64,000 bases of DNA from Nitrospirota bacterium (GTDB lineage: Bacteria; Nitrospirota; Nitrospiria; 2-01-FULL-66-17), in NCBI GenBank assembly GCA_049325335.1, contig JBMOMC010000002.1:46612-110611 (forward strand), in the 5' to 3' direction. The translations under genes were made by a program, and so were the position numbers. This document shows positions 8,064-17,220 of this stretch, piece after piece (the stretch's first letter is position 1; each line of letters opens with the position of its first letter). Below the pieces are notes generated by a model. That model worked only from the letters and a program-made list of their open reading frames with translations, was not told where the DNA came from and did no database searches.

Positions 8064-10499
8064 TCAGGACGCCTTGTTCTCGATCACCAGCTTGTAGTGA
8101 TCCCCTTCCTGCTCCATGGACACGACGCGGTAGCCGTCGGCCTTCACGCTGCGCGGCACGTTCTCGGCGGGCTCGCCCGCGTCCAACAAGACTTCGAGGA
8201 TTTGCAGGGGATCCATTTCTTCCAATTGGAGCTTGGTTTTGACGTAGTTCATGGGACAGGCCACGCCCAACAGGTCCATTTTGATGGTCGGCGCGGTCGC
8301 GGGCTGAGCCGGAGTAGTCGAGGCGGATGGCGCCGGAGTCGTCTCCGCCTGCGAGCCCTGCGCGACCTTGAGCGAGGCGTCGATCTTGGCGAACGCGGTC
8401 CGGCACGCGTCCGCGAGCGCCTTGGCATCGGCCACGAACCGGCGGGCTTCGTCGAGGGTGATGTGCGATTTGACCGCCGCGCTCCGCTGGATCACGGCCT
8501 CGTACCGATCGCGCGGTACCACGCCCTTGTCCACCATGCGTTGCGAGAATTCCTTGAGCACCAATTCATGGCTGGTTGGCTCGATCGCTTGGGTCACCAA
8601 CAATCCCTTGGCCGCGGCCACGATGCCCAGTTCAGCCCGCATCACCGCGTCAACGGGCTTGTGTTTCTCGATGAGCACGCTGGCGTGCGCCAATTCGTAC
8701 TTGGAGTCTTCCAAGTGTTGTTCCACCATGTTAATGACGCCGCCTGCGCACTCGCCCGCGCCCGCATCCTCCAAGGAGAACGGGGTGTAGGCCCCGTAGT
8801 CCAGGTACTGCGACGGCGCGTCCGCGTGGGACGGCAAGGTGGTGTACGGTTCGAGCGCGGCCGTGATCGGGGCTTTGCCCACGCGGTCCACGAACGCGGT
8901 GAACGATTCGCCGGCTTGACGGTGATCGCGGTAGTACTCCAAGAGCGCGTCCACGACTTCCGGGAGTCGTTTGGCCGGGTACTTACCGCCCGGCAGACCG
9001 AACGCCACGCCGTGATCCGTGGATCGGCCGCCCAGGTGCAACTGGTACGCAGGGATCAACTGCCCGTCGATGCGGTGCCCGAGGCCGTGGAACCCGATTG
9101 ACGCGATGTGATGTTGGGCGCAGGAGTTGGGGCACCCGCTGACTTTGATGTCGATGCCCTTGAGGTCCTCGGCAAAAGCCTTGCCGTTGTGCGCCAATTG
9201 TTCACTGAGCGCGAGCCCGACCCCCTTGGACGAGGTGATGCCCAGACCGCAGGTGTCGGCGCCGGGGCACGTGACCACGTCGCCGACGCGGTCGGCGCCC
9301 GGCGTGCCCAACCCGATCGCGGTGAGCGCCTCGTGCAGCACGAGCAAATCCGCGTCCGCCACCCAGCGCAGGAGAAAGTTCTGAGTCACGGTGACCCGAA
9401 TGCTGCCGTGCGCGAACCGCTCCGTGATGTCGGCCAAACCGCGCAATTGCGCCGTGGTCAAGTCCCCGATCGGCAACGTGACCAATGCCGCGGAGTAGCC
9501 GGCCTGTTTTTGCGGTTTCACGTTGGTGGCCTGCCACGCCTCGAACGCGTGCGAGCGCGACCCGTTGGACGGCGGGCGCTTGGACCCGTTGGTGGGCACC
9601 GGCTCCGACATCGGTGCGAACGCGGCCAGCGTCGCGGCGTCGCGGCCTTCGCATACGAACGCGTACTCCTCAGCGTACATGGCGTAGAACTTCTCGAATC
9701 CGCCTTTTTCAATCAGGAACTTGAGTCGGGCCAGGCTGCGGTTCTTACGGTTGCCGTGGCGGTTGAACACCCGGAGCACGGCTTCACAACGCGGGCGCAA
9801 CTCCGACGCGGGCACCCACTCTTCCAGCAGATAGGGTCGTTTGGGGCTGGGCCCCAAGCCGCCGCCGACCGTGAGCCGGAATCCGATCTCTTCGCGGCCG
9901 TTCACCGTGCGTTTCACGGCCAACACGCCGAAGTCATGGATGCCGGTGAGCGCGCAATCGCTCGCGCAGCCCGAAAACGCGATCTTGAACTTGCGGGGCA
10001 GATTCTCGCACACGGGGTTGCGCAGAAAATGCATGGCCACGCCGTGGGCGTAGGGCGTCACGTCCACCACTTCGTCGCGGCAAATGCCCGCGTAGGGACA
10101 GGCGGTGACGTTGCGGACCGTGTTGCCGCACGCCTCGCGGGTGGTCAGGCCCACCTCCGCGAGTTGCCGCATGATCGCGGCGGTGTATTCGAGTTTGATG
10201 TAGTGGAGCTGAATGTCTTGGCGCGTAGTCAGGTGGGCCACGCCTCGTGAGTAGCGATCGCCGATGTCCGCGACGCGACGAAGTTGAGGCGCGGTCATCC
10301 CGCCGAACGGGATCTTGATGCGCACCATCTGCACGCCGTCTTGCCGTTGGCCGTAGATGCCGTGTTGCAACCGGAACCGTCGAAAGACCTCGGGATGGAT
10401 CTCGCCGCGCAGGAAACGCTGCGTTTCCTGTTCGTAGTTGGCGATCTCCTCCTCGATGTCAGGAGGAATGGTGTGCGTCGCGATTGTTGCCTGTGCCAT
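8064..10499 (-). CDS. sir: assimilatory sulfite reductase (sirohaem/4Fe-4S, ferredoxin-type) with C-terminal TusA-like domain
   Basis: Nitrite/sulfite reductase repeat pattern with cluster Cys (CPGADTCG, CPNSCAQHH); last ~75 aa IKMDLLGVACPMNYVKTK... resemble TusA with a Cys-Pro motif; ATG at 10499 preceded by GGAGG, ORF-track start 10565. Confidence 0.8.
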   Translation of the reverse strand: MAQATIATHTIPPDIEEEIANYEQETQRFLRGEIHPEVFRRFRLQHGIYGQRQDGVQMVRIKIPFGGMTAPQLRRVADIGDRYSRGVAHLTTRQDIQLHYIKLEYTAAIMRQLAEVGLTTREACGNTVRNVTACPYAGICRDEVVDVTPYAHGVAMHFLRNPVCENLPRKFKIAFSGCASDCALTGIHDFGVLAVKRTVNGREEIGFRLTVGGGLGPSPKRPYLLEEWVPASELRPRCEAVLRVFNRHGNRKNRSLARLKFLIEKGGFEKFYAMYAEEYAFVCEGRDAATLAAFAPMSEPVPTNGSKRPPSNGSRSHAFEAWQATNVKPQKQAGYSAALVTLPIGDLTTAQLRGLADITERFAHGSIRVTVTQNFLLRWVADADLLVLHEALTAIGLGTPGADRVGDVVTCPGADTCGLGITSSKGVGLALSEQLAHNGKAFAEDLKGIDIKVSGCPNSCAQHHIASIGFHGLGHRIDGQLIPAYQLHLGGRSTDHGVAFGLPGGKYPAKRLPEVVDALLEYYRDHRQAGESFTAFVDRVGKAPITAALEPYTTLPSHADAPSQYLDYGAYTPFSLEDAGAGECAGGVINMVEQHLEDSKYELAHASVLIEKHKPVDAVMRAELGIVAAAKGLLVTQAIEPTSHELVLKEFSQRMVDKGVVPRDRYEAVIQRSAAVKSHITLDEARRFVADAKALADACRTAFAKIDASLKVAQGSQAETTPAPSASTTPAQPATAPTIKMDLLGVACPMNYVKTKLQLEEMDPLQILEVLLDAGEPAENVPRSVKADGYRVVSMEQEGDHYKLVIENKAS

Positions 10500-10522
10500 G
10501 CGTGGTTCCTCCCGCGAACGGG

Positions 10523-11269
10523 TCAGCGGCTGGCCGTCGCCTTGGACCCGCTGTGCAACCCGCACTCTTTATGTTCCGGTGACTCCCACCACCACCGGCC
10601 CGCCCGGACATCCTCGCCGGGTTTGATCGCGCGCGTGCACGGCGCGCAGCCGATGCTGGGGAATCCCTGATCGTGCAGCTTATTATAGGGCACTTTATTG
10701 GTTTTGATGTACTCCCACACCTGGGACTCGGACCAGTGGATCAAGGGGTTGAGCTTGGCGATGCCGTTGTGCCCGGCGTCGTGCTCGATCATCGGCATGT
10801 CCGCGCGCGTGACGGCTTGGGCGCTTCGCAGTCCCGTGATCCACGCTCGCAACCCGGAGAGGGCCCGACCCAGGGGCTCGACCTTGCGCACACCGCAGCA
10901 CTCCTTGCGGTTCTCGATGCTTTGATAGAACAGGTTCACGCCCTTGGCTCGCACCATGGACTCGACCGCCGGGGCCTGCGGGAAGTAGGTCTCGATCGAC
11001 ACGCCGTAGCGATCCCGGACCGCGTCCATGACCTCGTAGGTCTCCGAGTGCAGGCGTCCGGTGTCCAAACAGAAGATCCTGGGCGTTCGGTGGAGTTTAC
11101 ACAACATGTCGACCAGCACCACGTCTTCCGCGCCGAAGCTGCACGCGAGCGAGACCTGCGAACCGAACTCGTTGAGCGCCCACTTGAGCACGACTTCGGC
11201 CGGTTGCACGGTGTATTGTTGGTTCAAGGTTTTGAGTTGTTCTTGCGTGTACAACGTAGCGGTGCTCAT
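10523..11269 (-). CDS. cysH: adenylylsulfate (APS) reductase, thioredoxin-dependent, Fe-S type
   Basis: PAPS/APS reductase fold; CC...CxxC pairs (ECCGVRK, CAPC) typical of the Fe-S-containing APS-reducing form. Confidence 0.85.
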   Translation of the reverse strand: MSTATLYTQEQLKTLNQQYTVQPAEVVLKWALNEFGSQVSLACSFGAEDVVLVDMLCKLHRTPRIFCLDTGRLHSETYEVMDAVRDRYGVSIETYFPQAPAVESMVRAKGVNLFYQSIENRKECCGVRKVEPLGRALSGLRAWITGLRSAQAVTRADMPMIEHDAGHNGIAKLNPLIHWSESQVWEYIKTNKVPYNKLHDQGFPSIGCAPCTRAIKPGEDVRAGRWWWESPEHKECGLHSGSKATASR

Positions 11270-11531
11270 CGGGACGTCAGCTCCTCAATCGTCATGGTTC
11301 TGGTGAGTAGAATATGACCGGGTCGGGGTCATCGCCTATCTTGCTTCAGTTGTGAGACTATTCCAACTAGTTTACTCAGAATCTGTTCACTATAAATGGC
11401 CCCTGAACGGCCTGTCAAGGCCACTTATAGCCCGCGGCGCGATCTGCATCGGAACGGTTCCTTGTCAACAAACCGACTCGTTTGTTATTGTTATTCTCCG
11501 TGCGGAACTTGTGAGGTAATCCGTCAACAAC

Positions 11532-12842
11532 ATGCCTTGGTATTCCATACTCGTCATTTTGGCGTTGGTTTTGGCGAACGGGTTTTTTGCGGCCGCTGAG
11601 ATTGCGATCCTGACGGTTCGCAAAAGCCGCATCCTGCACCTGGTCGAAGCCGGGAAGCATCGCGCCAAAGACGTACAACGGCTTCAGGCGGATCCGGAAC
11701 GGTTTCTGGCCACGATCCAGATCGGTATCACCGTGATCAGCGCATTGGCCGGCGCGGTGGGCGGCGTGACCGCGATTGAGAACATCAAACCCTACCTGGA
11801 ACAGATTTCGAACCCGTTGCTGCGGAGCGCAAGCGAAGGCATCGCGTTGACCATTGTGGTGGCGTCGATTTCGTATTTGTCGCTGGTCTTCGGGGAGTTG
11901 GTGCCCAAGTCCCTGGCCTTGCGGTATCCGGAGCAGATCGCGTTGTGGGTGGCGTGGCCGATCGACGCGCTGTCTCGATTCTCGTCGGTGGTGGTCAAGG
12001 TCCTGACGTGGTCCAGCCGGCTGATTCTGCGGCCGCTCGGCGCGCACTCAAAGCCCGCGTTCTTCCCCGAGGAAGAGATCAAAAGCCTCTTGATCGAAGG
12101 GCGAGAGACCGGGGCGATCGATCGGACCGAACAGGAGTTGATCCATTCGGTATTCGAGTTCGCCGACATCTCGGTCAAGGAAGTCATGGTCCCTCCGCCC
12201 AAGATCCACGCGATCAAACTCGATACCCCGCAGGAAGCGGTGCTGGCTGATATTACGGAGAACAAGTTTTCCCGGTATCCGGTGTACCGCGAAGAGCTCA
12301 ACGACATTTGCGGCGTGGTGTATACCAAGGACATTCTCGACGCCATGGTGCGGCGGCGACCGATCGACATCAAGACCCTGATGCACCCCGCGTATTTTGT
12401 CCCCGAGAGTATGAAGGTGAGCCACCTGTTGCAGGAGATGCAGCGCCGGCACACCCAGATGGCGATTGTGGTCAACGAGTATGGGACGGTCGAGGGCTTG
12501 GCGACCATGGAAGATCTGATTGAAGAGATCGTGGGCGAGATTCGGGACGAATACGACTTGGAAGAGCGTCCGGTGGAGCGGCTCAAAGACGGATCATTCG
12601 TGGTGGACGCATCCCTCTCGGTCCGGGATTTGAACGAAGAGTATGGCTTGCCGATTCCGGAGTCCCCGCTGTACGAGACGTTGGGAGGCTTTGTCATGGC
12701 GCAGTTGCAGAACATCCCCCGCAGCGGAGCCATCACCCACCACAATCAGCTCAAGTACACGATCGTGGATATGGAAGGCCGGCGGATCATGAAAGTGAAG
12801 ATCGAAAAGGTGCCGGGCTACGAGAAGACGGCGGTGTCGTAG
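11532..12842 (+). CDS. CNNM/CorC-family transporter (DUF21-CBS pair-CorC_HlyC), putative Mg/Co efflux
   Basis: N-terminal DUF21 membrane domain, tandem CBS region, C-terminal transporter-associated domain. Confidence 0.85.
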   Translation: MPWYSILVILALVLANGFFAAAEIAILTVRKSRILHLVEAGKHRAKDVQRLQADPERFLATIQIGITVISALAGAVGGVTAIENIKPYLEQISNPLLRSASEGIALTIVVASISYLSLVFGELVPKSLALRYPEQIALWVAWPIDALSRFSSVVVKVLTWSSRLILRPLGAHSKPAFFPEEEIKSLLIEGRETGAIDRTEQELIHSVFEFADISVKEVMVPPPKIHAIKLDTPQEAVLADITENKFSRYPVYREELNDICGVVYTKDILDAMVRRRPIDIKTLMHPAYFVPESMKVSHLLQEMQRRHTQMAIVVNEYGTVEGLATMEDLIEEIVGEIRDEYDLEERPVERLKDGSFVVDASLSVRDLNEEYGLPIPESPLYETLGGFVMAQLQNIPRSGAITHHNQLKYTIVDMEGRRIMKVKIEKVPGYEKTAVS

Positions 12843-12968
12843 CTATGAGCCTGTCCATGAGCGGCCATCTGCGGCGTTGCTGCTGCGCTTCCGGTCCTCA
12901 CGTACGACTCAGTACGCTCCGGTCCGGTTCTCGCAGCGCCTTGCATCTGGCGCGCTCCTGAACAGGCT

Positions 12969-12989
12969 CCGCCCTGCTTTGCAGGGCGG
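12969..12989. terminator. bidirectional hairpin between convergent CNNM and pabC genes
   Basis: CCGCCCTGC ttt GCAGGGCGG, perfect 9-bp stem with 3-nt loop. Confidence 0.5.
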
Positions 12990-13859
12990 TTAAGGCTTGA
13001 ACCCCTCCAACATTGCGCCGACGAACTCTTGGTATCGGCGTCGCAGGGCGAGTGTAGCCTGTCCCGGTTGTCCCGATCCGACGTGACGCCCGTCTACTCG
13101 GGTGACCGGTAGTACCTCCATCCCCGTGCTGGTCAGCAAAACCTCGTCGGCTTCCCGGAGCTGATCCGGAGTCAGCCGATCTTCGGCTGACTTGATCCCA
13201 TCGCGGCGCGCTAGATCCAACACCACCTCGCGGGTGATGCCTTGGAGGATGCCGTCGGAGAGCGGCGGGGTGTGAAGTGTGCCGTTCTTGACGCAGAAGA
13301 CATTGCTCACCGTGCCTTCCGCGACGTGCCCCGACTCGGTGCACAACACGGCTTCATCCGCGCCCTGTCCGGAGGCCTCGCGTTTGGCTTGGACGTGCGC
13401 CAGCAGGCTCAGTGATTTGACCGACGGGGTCAGCGCGGCGGGACGGAGGCGGGTGTTGGCGAGGATGACGATCGAGGCTCCGGATCGGTACAACTGATCC
13501 GGGTACCCCGCGAACGGCTGCTCCACGATGACCACCGTGGGAGTGCCGTCGTGCCGAACGTCCCAGCCCGTGGTGACGCCCCTGGTGACGGTGGTGCGAA
13601 CCAGAGCCTCCGGGAGCTCATTCCGCTCGATGAGATCGCGGATCGTCCCGGCGAGCGCCGAAGCCGTCGGCAATGGGGCGATCCCCAGCGCGGTTGCGCC
13701 CTCGATCAGGCGCGCAAGGTGCCGGTCGATCAGAAACGGTTGCCCCCGATACACGCGGAGCGTGTCGAAGACCCCGTCGCCGTATCGAAACCCGCGGTCG
13801 TGGACCGAGACCACCGCCTCGCGGTCAGGGACGAACGTTCCGTTGACCACGGCCCACAC
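12990..13859 (-). CDS. class IV aminotransferase (aminodeoxychorismate lyase or branched-chain aminotransferase)
   Basis: Fold-type IV PLP enzyme pattern; sits 4 nt downstream of pabB, which favours PabC. Confidence 0.7.
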   Translation of the reverse strand: MWAVVNGTFVPDREAVVSVHDRGFRYGDGVFDTLRVYRGQPFLIDRHLARLIEGATALGIAPLPTASALAGTIRDLIERNELPEALVRTTVTRGVTTGWDVRHDGTPTVVIVEQPFAGYPDQLYRSGASIVILANTRLRPAALTPSVKSLSLLAHVQAKREASGQGADEAVLCTESGHVAEGTVSNVFCVKNGTLHTPPLSDGILQGITREVVLDLARRDGIKSAEDRLTPDQLREADEVLLTSTGMEVLPVTRVDGRHVGSGQPGQATLALRRRYQEFVGAMLEGFKP

Positions 13860-13863
13860 CGGA

Positions 13864-15396
13864 TCAACCCACCGCGTCGATCAAGGCCTGGGCTTTATAC
13901 AAGGTCTCGCGGTACTCCTTCTCCGGGTCTGAGTCCGCCACGATCCCCGCGCCGGTGTAGAACGACAGCTCGCCGCGTGTTCGCGTCAACGTGCGGATCA
14001 CAATGTTCCAATCCATGTGGCCCGACCACGACACGTAGCCGATGGACCCGGTGTACAACCCGCGCGACACGGGCTCCAGTTCGTCGATGATTTCCATGCA
14101 GCGGATCTTGGGCACGCCGGTCACGGTCCCGCCGGGGAACACCGCATCCAACACGTCGAAGCCCGTCGCGCCCTCCCGGAGCAGGCCGCGGATATTGGAC
14201 ACGATGTGGATGACGTGCGAGTACCGCTCCGTGACCATCAGCTCATCCACCTTGACCGATCCGTACGCGCACACTCGGCCCAGATCGTTGCGCTCCAGAT
14301 CCACCAACATCAGGTGTTCGGCGCGTTCCTTGGGGTTGAGCAACAAATCGGCCGTGAGATCGTCGTCATCGGTCGGGGTCGCGCCGCGGGGCCTGGTGCC
14401 CGCGATGGGACGGGTTTCCACCTCGCGGCCGGACACCTTGACCAGGCGTTCGGGCGATGAGCAGATGATTTCGGTCTCGCCAAGGTCCACAAACGCCGCG
14501 AACGGGGCGGGGTTAATGGTACGCAGGCGCCGATACACGTCCAACCCGTCGCCGTGATGCGTGGCCGTGAATCGCTGCGCCAGATTCGCCTGGAAGATAT
14601 CGCCCGCCGCGATATAGTCCTTGGCGCGGTCCACCATTGCGCAATACGCCTCGCGCGACATGCCGGCAACGATCGAGGCTGCGGGCGCGGTCGGGCTCAC
14701 GTGTTCCGCGCTGAGGCCACGCGTCACCGCGCCGAGAAAGTCCCTCAGCCTGGTGCGGCCCTCTTCCAGCAGCCGCGCGCGCGGCTCAGCCGCAAATCGC
14801 TCGGGAGACGGACAAAACGACGCGGTAAACGTACGCTCAACGTGATCGAACGCGCCCACGAGATCGAACAACATCCAATGCAGGTCCGGAAAGAAGTCGG
14901 TCCGATCGTGTGGTGCGCCGCGTCGGTGCCGTTGCGAGAGCCTGTACCCCAAGCATCCGATCGCGCCCCCGATAAACGGCGGTGCCCCGGGCGGCGCGGC
15001 CACGGCGCCCGGCAGCATCTGGTCAAACACGGCGGCCAGGGGATCAACCGTCGGCGTGGTCGTGGTTTCGCCGGACGTTGACGTCCAGCGGGTCAACGCG
15101 CCGTGTTGGGCCGTGACAGTCTGATACGGCGCGCCGCCGATGAACGAGTACCGTCCCAGCGCTCCGCGACCGGCTCGGCTCCCACTCTCCAGGAGAAACG
15201 ACGGCGCTGCCGCGCGGATAGCGGAGTACGCATCCACCGGCGCGAGATCCCCAAGTGGAATCGTCGCCAACAGCGGAACCGGCACGCGCGCGTCCAGAAA
15301 CCGGGCTTCATTGGTCAACACGCGCCCATCTTCCCGCGCGACTCCGCGCGCTGTCAAGCAGTCGAGTCGTGGTGAGACGCTCCGTGGCGCGTCCAT
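13864..15396 (-). CDS. pabB: aminodeoxychorismate synthase component I / anthranilate synthase component I family
   Basis: Chorismate-binding enzyme C-terminal pattern (GGTVTGVPKIRCMEIIDELEPVSRGLYTGSIGY). Confidence 0.8.
   Translation of the reverse strand: MDAPRSVSPRLDCLTARGVAREDGRVLTNEARFLDARVPVPLLATIPLGDLAPVDAYSAIRAAAPSFLLESGSRAGRGALGRYSFIGGAPYQTVTAQHGALTRWTSTSGETTTTPTVDPLAAVFDQMLPGAVAAPPGAPPFIGGAIGCLGYRLSQRHRRGAPHDRTDFFPDLHWMLFDLVGAFDHVERTFTASFCPSPERFAAEPRARLLEEGRTRLRDFLGAVTRGLSAEHVSPTAPAASIVAGMSREAYCAMVDRAKDYIAAGDIFQANLAQRFTATHHGDGLDVYRRLRTINPAPFAAFVDLGETEIICSSPERLVKVSGREVETRPIAGTRPRGATPTDDDDLTADLLLNPKERAEHLMLVDLERNDLGRVCAYGSVKVDELMVTERYSHVIHIVSNIRGLLREGATGFDVLDAVFPGGTVTGVPKIRCMEIIDELEPVSRGLYTGSIGYVSWSGHMDWNIVIRTLTRTRGELSFYTGAGIVADSDPEKEYRETLYKAQALIDAVG
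15319..15359. repeat. direct repeat copy 1, inside the pabB 5' coding region
   Basis: 41 bp matching 15572..15612 at 38/41; weaker similarity extends to about 64 bp. Confidence 0.7.
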
Positions 15397-15468
15397 GAAC
15401 GTTCGGTTGATGCGCGGTTGACGGGCGTAATTGGCAGCTGCTATGGTACGCCTATGTTTTATGAGGAT

Positions 15469-15551
15469 GGGGATGTTGTTTAAAGATTAAAAGCTCACTG
15501 CAATACCTGCGGCGCAAACCTCCGATCATAAAATCTTTAAACAACGTCCCC
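15469..15551. repeat. inverted repeat / hairpin, 20-bp arms (19/20) with 43-nt loop
   Basis: GGGGATGTTGTTTAAAGATT ... AATCTTTAAACAACGTCCCC in the AT-rich segment between the two pabB-5' repeat copies. Confidence 0.6.
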
Positions 15552-15571
15552 AATCAGTCCCAATTGGCTAG

Positions 15572-15612
15572 CACGCGTCCATCTTCCCGCGCGGCTCTGC
15601 GCGCTGTCAAGC
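15572..15612. repeat. direct repeat copy 2, diverged duplicate of pabB 5' end
   Basis: Reverse translation gives LTARRAAREDGRVLA versus pabB LTARGVAREDGRVLT; no in-frame start. Confidence 0.7.
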
Positions 15613-15833
15613 GATCAAATGGTGGGGCATTGACGGCTGCGTGATGTCAGAGGCCCTTGACGAGCGCGCGCTGAAGCGTGTTAGGCTGGGTACGCCTTAT
15701 TGGGATTTGACAGTGGAAGTGAAGTGGCTTTGAGACCGTCGTGATAATAAATCTGTCCCGTTAGTTGTAGAGAGGGCCGAAGAAAATGGTTCCTGTCACC
15801 CTCCGGGTCCCTGGCCCCAATCGTGGGCCGCAA

Positions 15834-17009
15834 TCAGTTCAAGGGAACGAATGAATTCCGGAACGACATCCACGCCTCCGCAAACTGTTCAGTCCGACCC
15901 ACATTCGACACCTGGTATTCCTCGTGCAGGCCACTACTGCTCTTGAAGACCAGCGCGCCGTATACGGTGACGGGAATCTGATAGTTGTCCTTGAAACGGC
16001 GATCAGGGCTGCCATCTTTGTTTGTCTTCGCCCAAGTATGCTCGATCACCCGGCTATCAGATGGCACATGCTCGTGCTCAATGAACTGAACTGGTGTGTA
16101 AGTCAGAACGACGTCGCGCGTGTCGATAAGGGCAAAGGCCTCTTTGGACACGCGATAGAGAATAAACCCCGGATAGATCCATAGGTCACCACCATTCCTA
16201 TTCGCGAGGTGAGGCACCTGCTGATCCCAGCTAATTAATTCACTCCGTCCCAGTCTAAACGTGACAGGTTCTCTGGTGATGGCCTCTTTGGCGAGGGATC
16301 GTTCGACAATGGCATTTGTTGGCCGTTTGGTCAGCGTGTCCCAGATCTGTTGGGACTCCGCGAGTGTGGCAAATGTGTCGCGCATGCGGTAATAGGGCTC
16401 AGCTTGCTCGCTAGGAATATCGAACTCGGTTGCTAGTGTTGTGAGGCGGAGCTGCTCTTGCAGCTCCGCTTGCTTGGCGGTCGCAGTGTCAGCGTCATTT
16501 TTGAGTTGGGCAAACCGGGTCTTCCACAGATTTTTAAGTAGAAACCCTCGGTCCCATCGTTGATAGCGGTCCGCAGCGTGCTCTTGCTCGCGGTCTGCAA
16601 GCGCAAGTTCCCTCTCAATTTCGTCGTGCTCATCCCGTGTAGTCTTAAGCAATTTCCGAAACTCCTCGAGGCCCTCACTTGTGAGCATTTGAGTGCTCGC
16701 GCTGCGGACCTCCTGAGTCGGTGCCGCCGGTGGTGAGGTTGGTTTTGGGACGGAAACTGTGTCAGGGGGATCTAGAAACGGAGTGATGCTAGGGACATTC
16801 GCCGGATCAGTTGCGTGGAGCCCCCTCCCAGCGATCCGGGTACGAAAGGACACGCCGGTGCCAGGAGCTGAGACGTTTCCATAAACCCCACGTGGTCCGA
16901 TGTTGAGTGAAAACGGGGCGGTTCCAATGGTTGTACTAATACCACTACGCGAAAGATTGAGGCGGACGCCTGGCAGTAGTTTGAATGTCTTCCTGAACCG
17001 CCAACCCAT
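15834..17009 (-). CDS. DUF4236-family protein with coiled-coil middle and uncharacterised C-terminal domain
   Basis: N-terminus MGWRFRKTFKLLPGVRLNLSRSGISTTIG matches the DUF4236 opening; low-GC codon usage unlike neighbours. Confidence 0.65.
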   Translation of the reverse strand: MGWRFRKTFKLLPGVRLNLSRSGISTTIGTAPFSLNIGPRGVYGNVSAPGTGVSFRTRIAGRGLHATDPANVPSITPFLDPPDTVSVPKPTSPPAAPTQEVRSASTQMLTSEGLEEFRKLLKTTRDEHDEIERELALADREQEHAADRYQRWDRGFLLKNLWKTRFAQLKNDADTATAKQAELQEQLRLTTLATEFDIPSEQAEPYYRMRDTFATLAESQQIWDTLTKRPTNAIVERSLAKEAITREPVTFRLGRSELISWDQQVPHLANRNGGDLWIYPGFILYRVSKEAFALIDTRDVVLTYTPVQFIEHEHVPSDSRVIEHTWAKTNKDGSPDRRFKDNYQIPVTVYGALVFKSSSGLHEEYQVSNVGRTEQFAEAWMSFRNSFVPLN

Positions 17010-17220
17010 GTGTCACTCGCTACTATAACAAGGCAGGAGAACCTCAAATACCCCTCCTATTTACTCGGATTCCCTGTCGGAGTCAATCGACTAACAAGCA
17101 ATCCCTCAGGCTCGCTTCAAAATATCGCAGACAAAGGAACTTATCAGCGCAACGCCCACCGAGTGACGCAAAGTAAGGGCCTCTCTCCTAACCCGCGTTG
17201 GTTTTGACACGAGGTCGGCT

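Larger units (their letters stand above)
15397..17220. other. low-GC islet upstream of pabB, putatively horizontally acquired
   Basis: Visibly lower GC (around 50%) than flanks (around 65-68%); one gene; bounded by duplicated pabB 5' segment and hairpin. Confidence 0.5.

Noticed and set aside
7881-9101. 406-aa plus-strand ORF
   Set aside because: Lies entirely antisense to the well-supported sulfite reductase gene; low-complexity Arg/Gly/Val-rich translation typical of a high-GC antisense frame.
15627-15833. 22-codon plus-strand ORF (MVPVTLRVPGPNRGPQSVQGNE) downstream of the DUF4236-family gene
   Set aside because: Very short, weak RBS, overlaps the 3' end of the reverse-strand gene.
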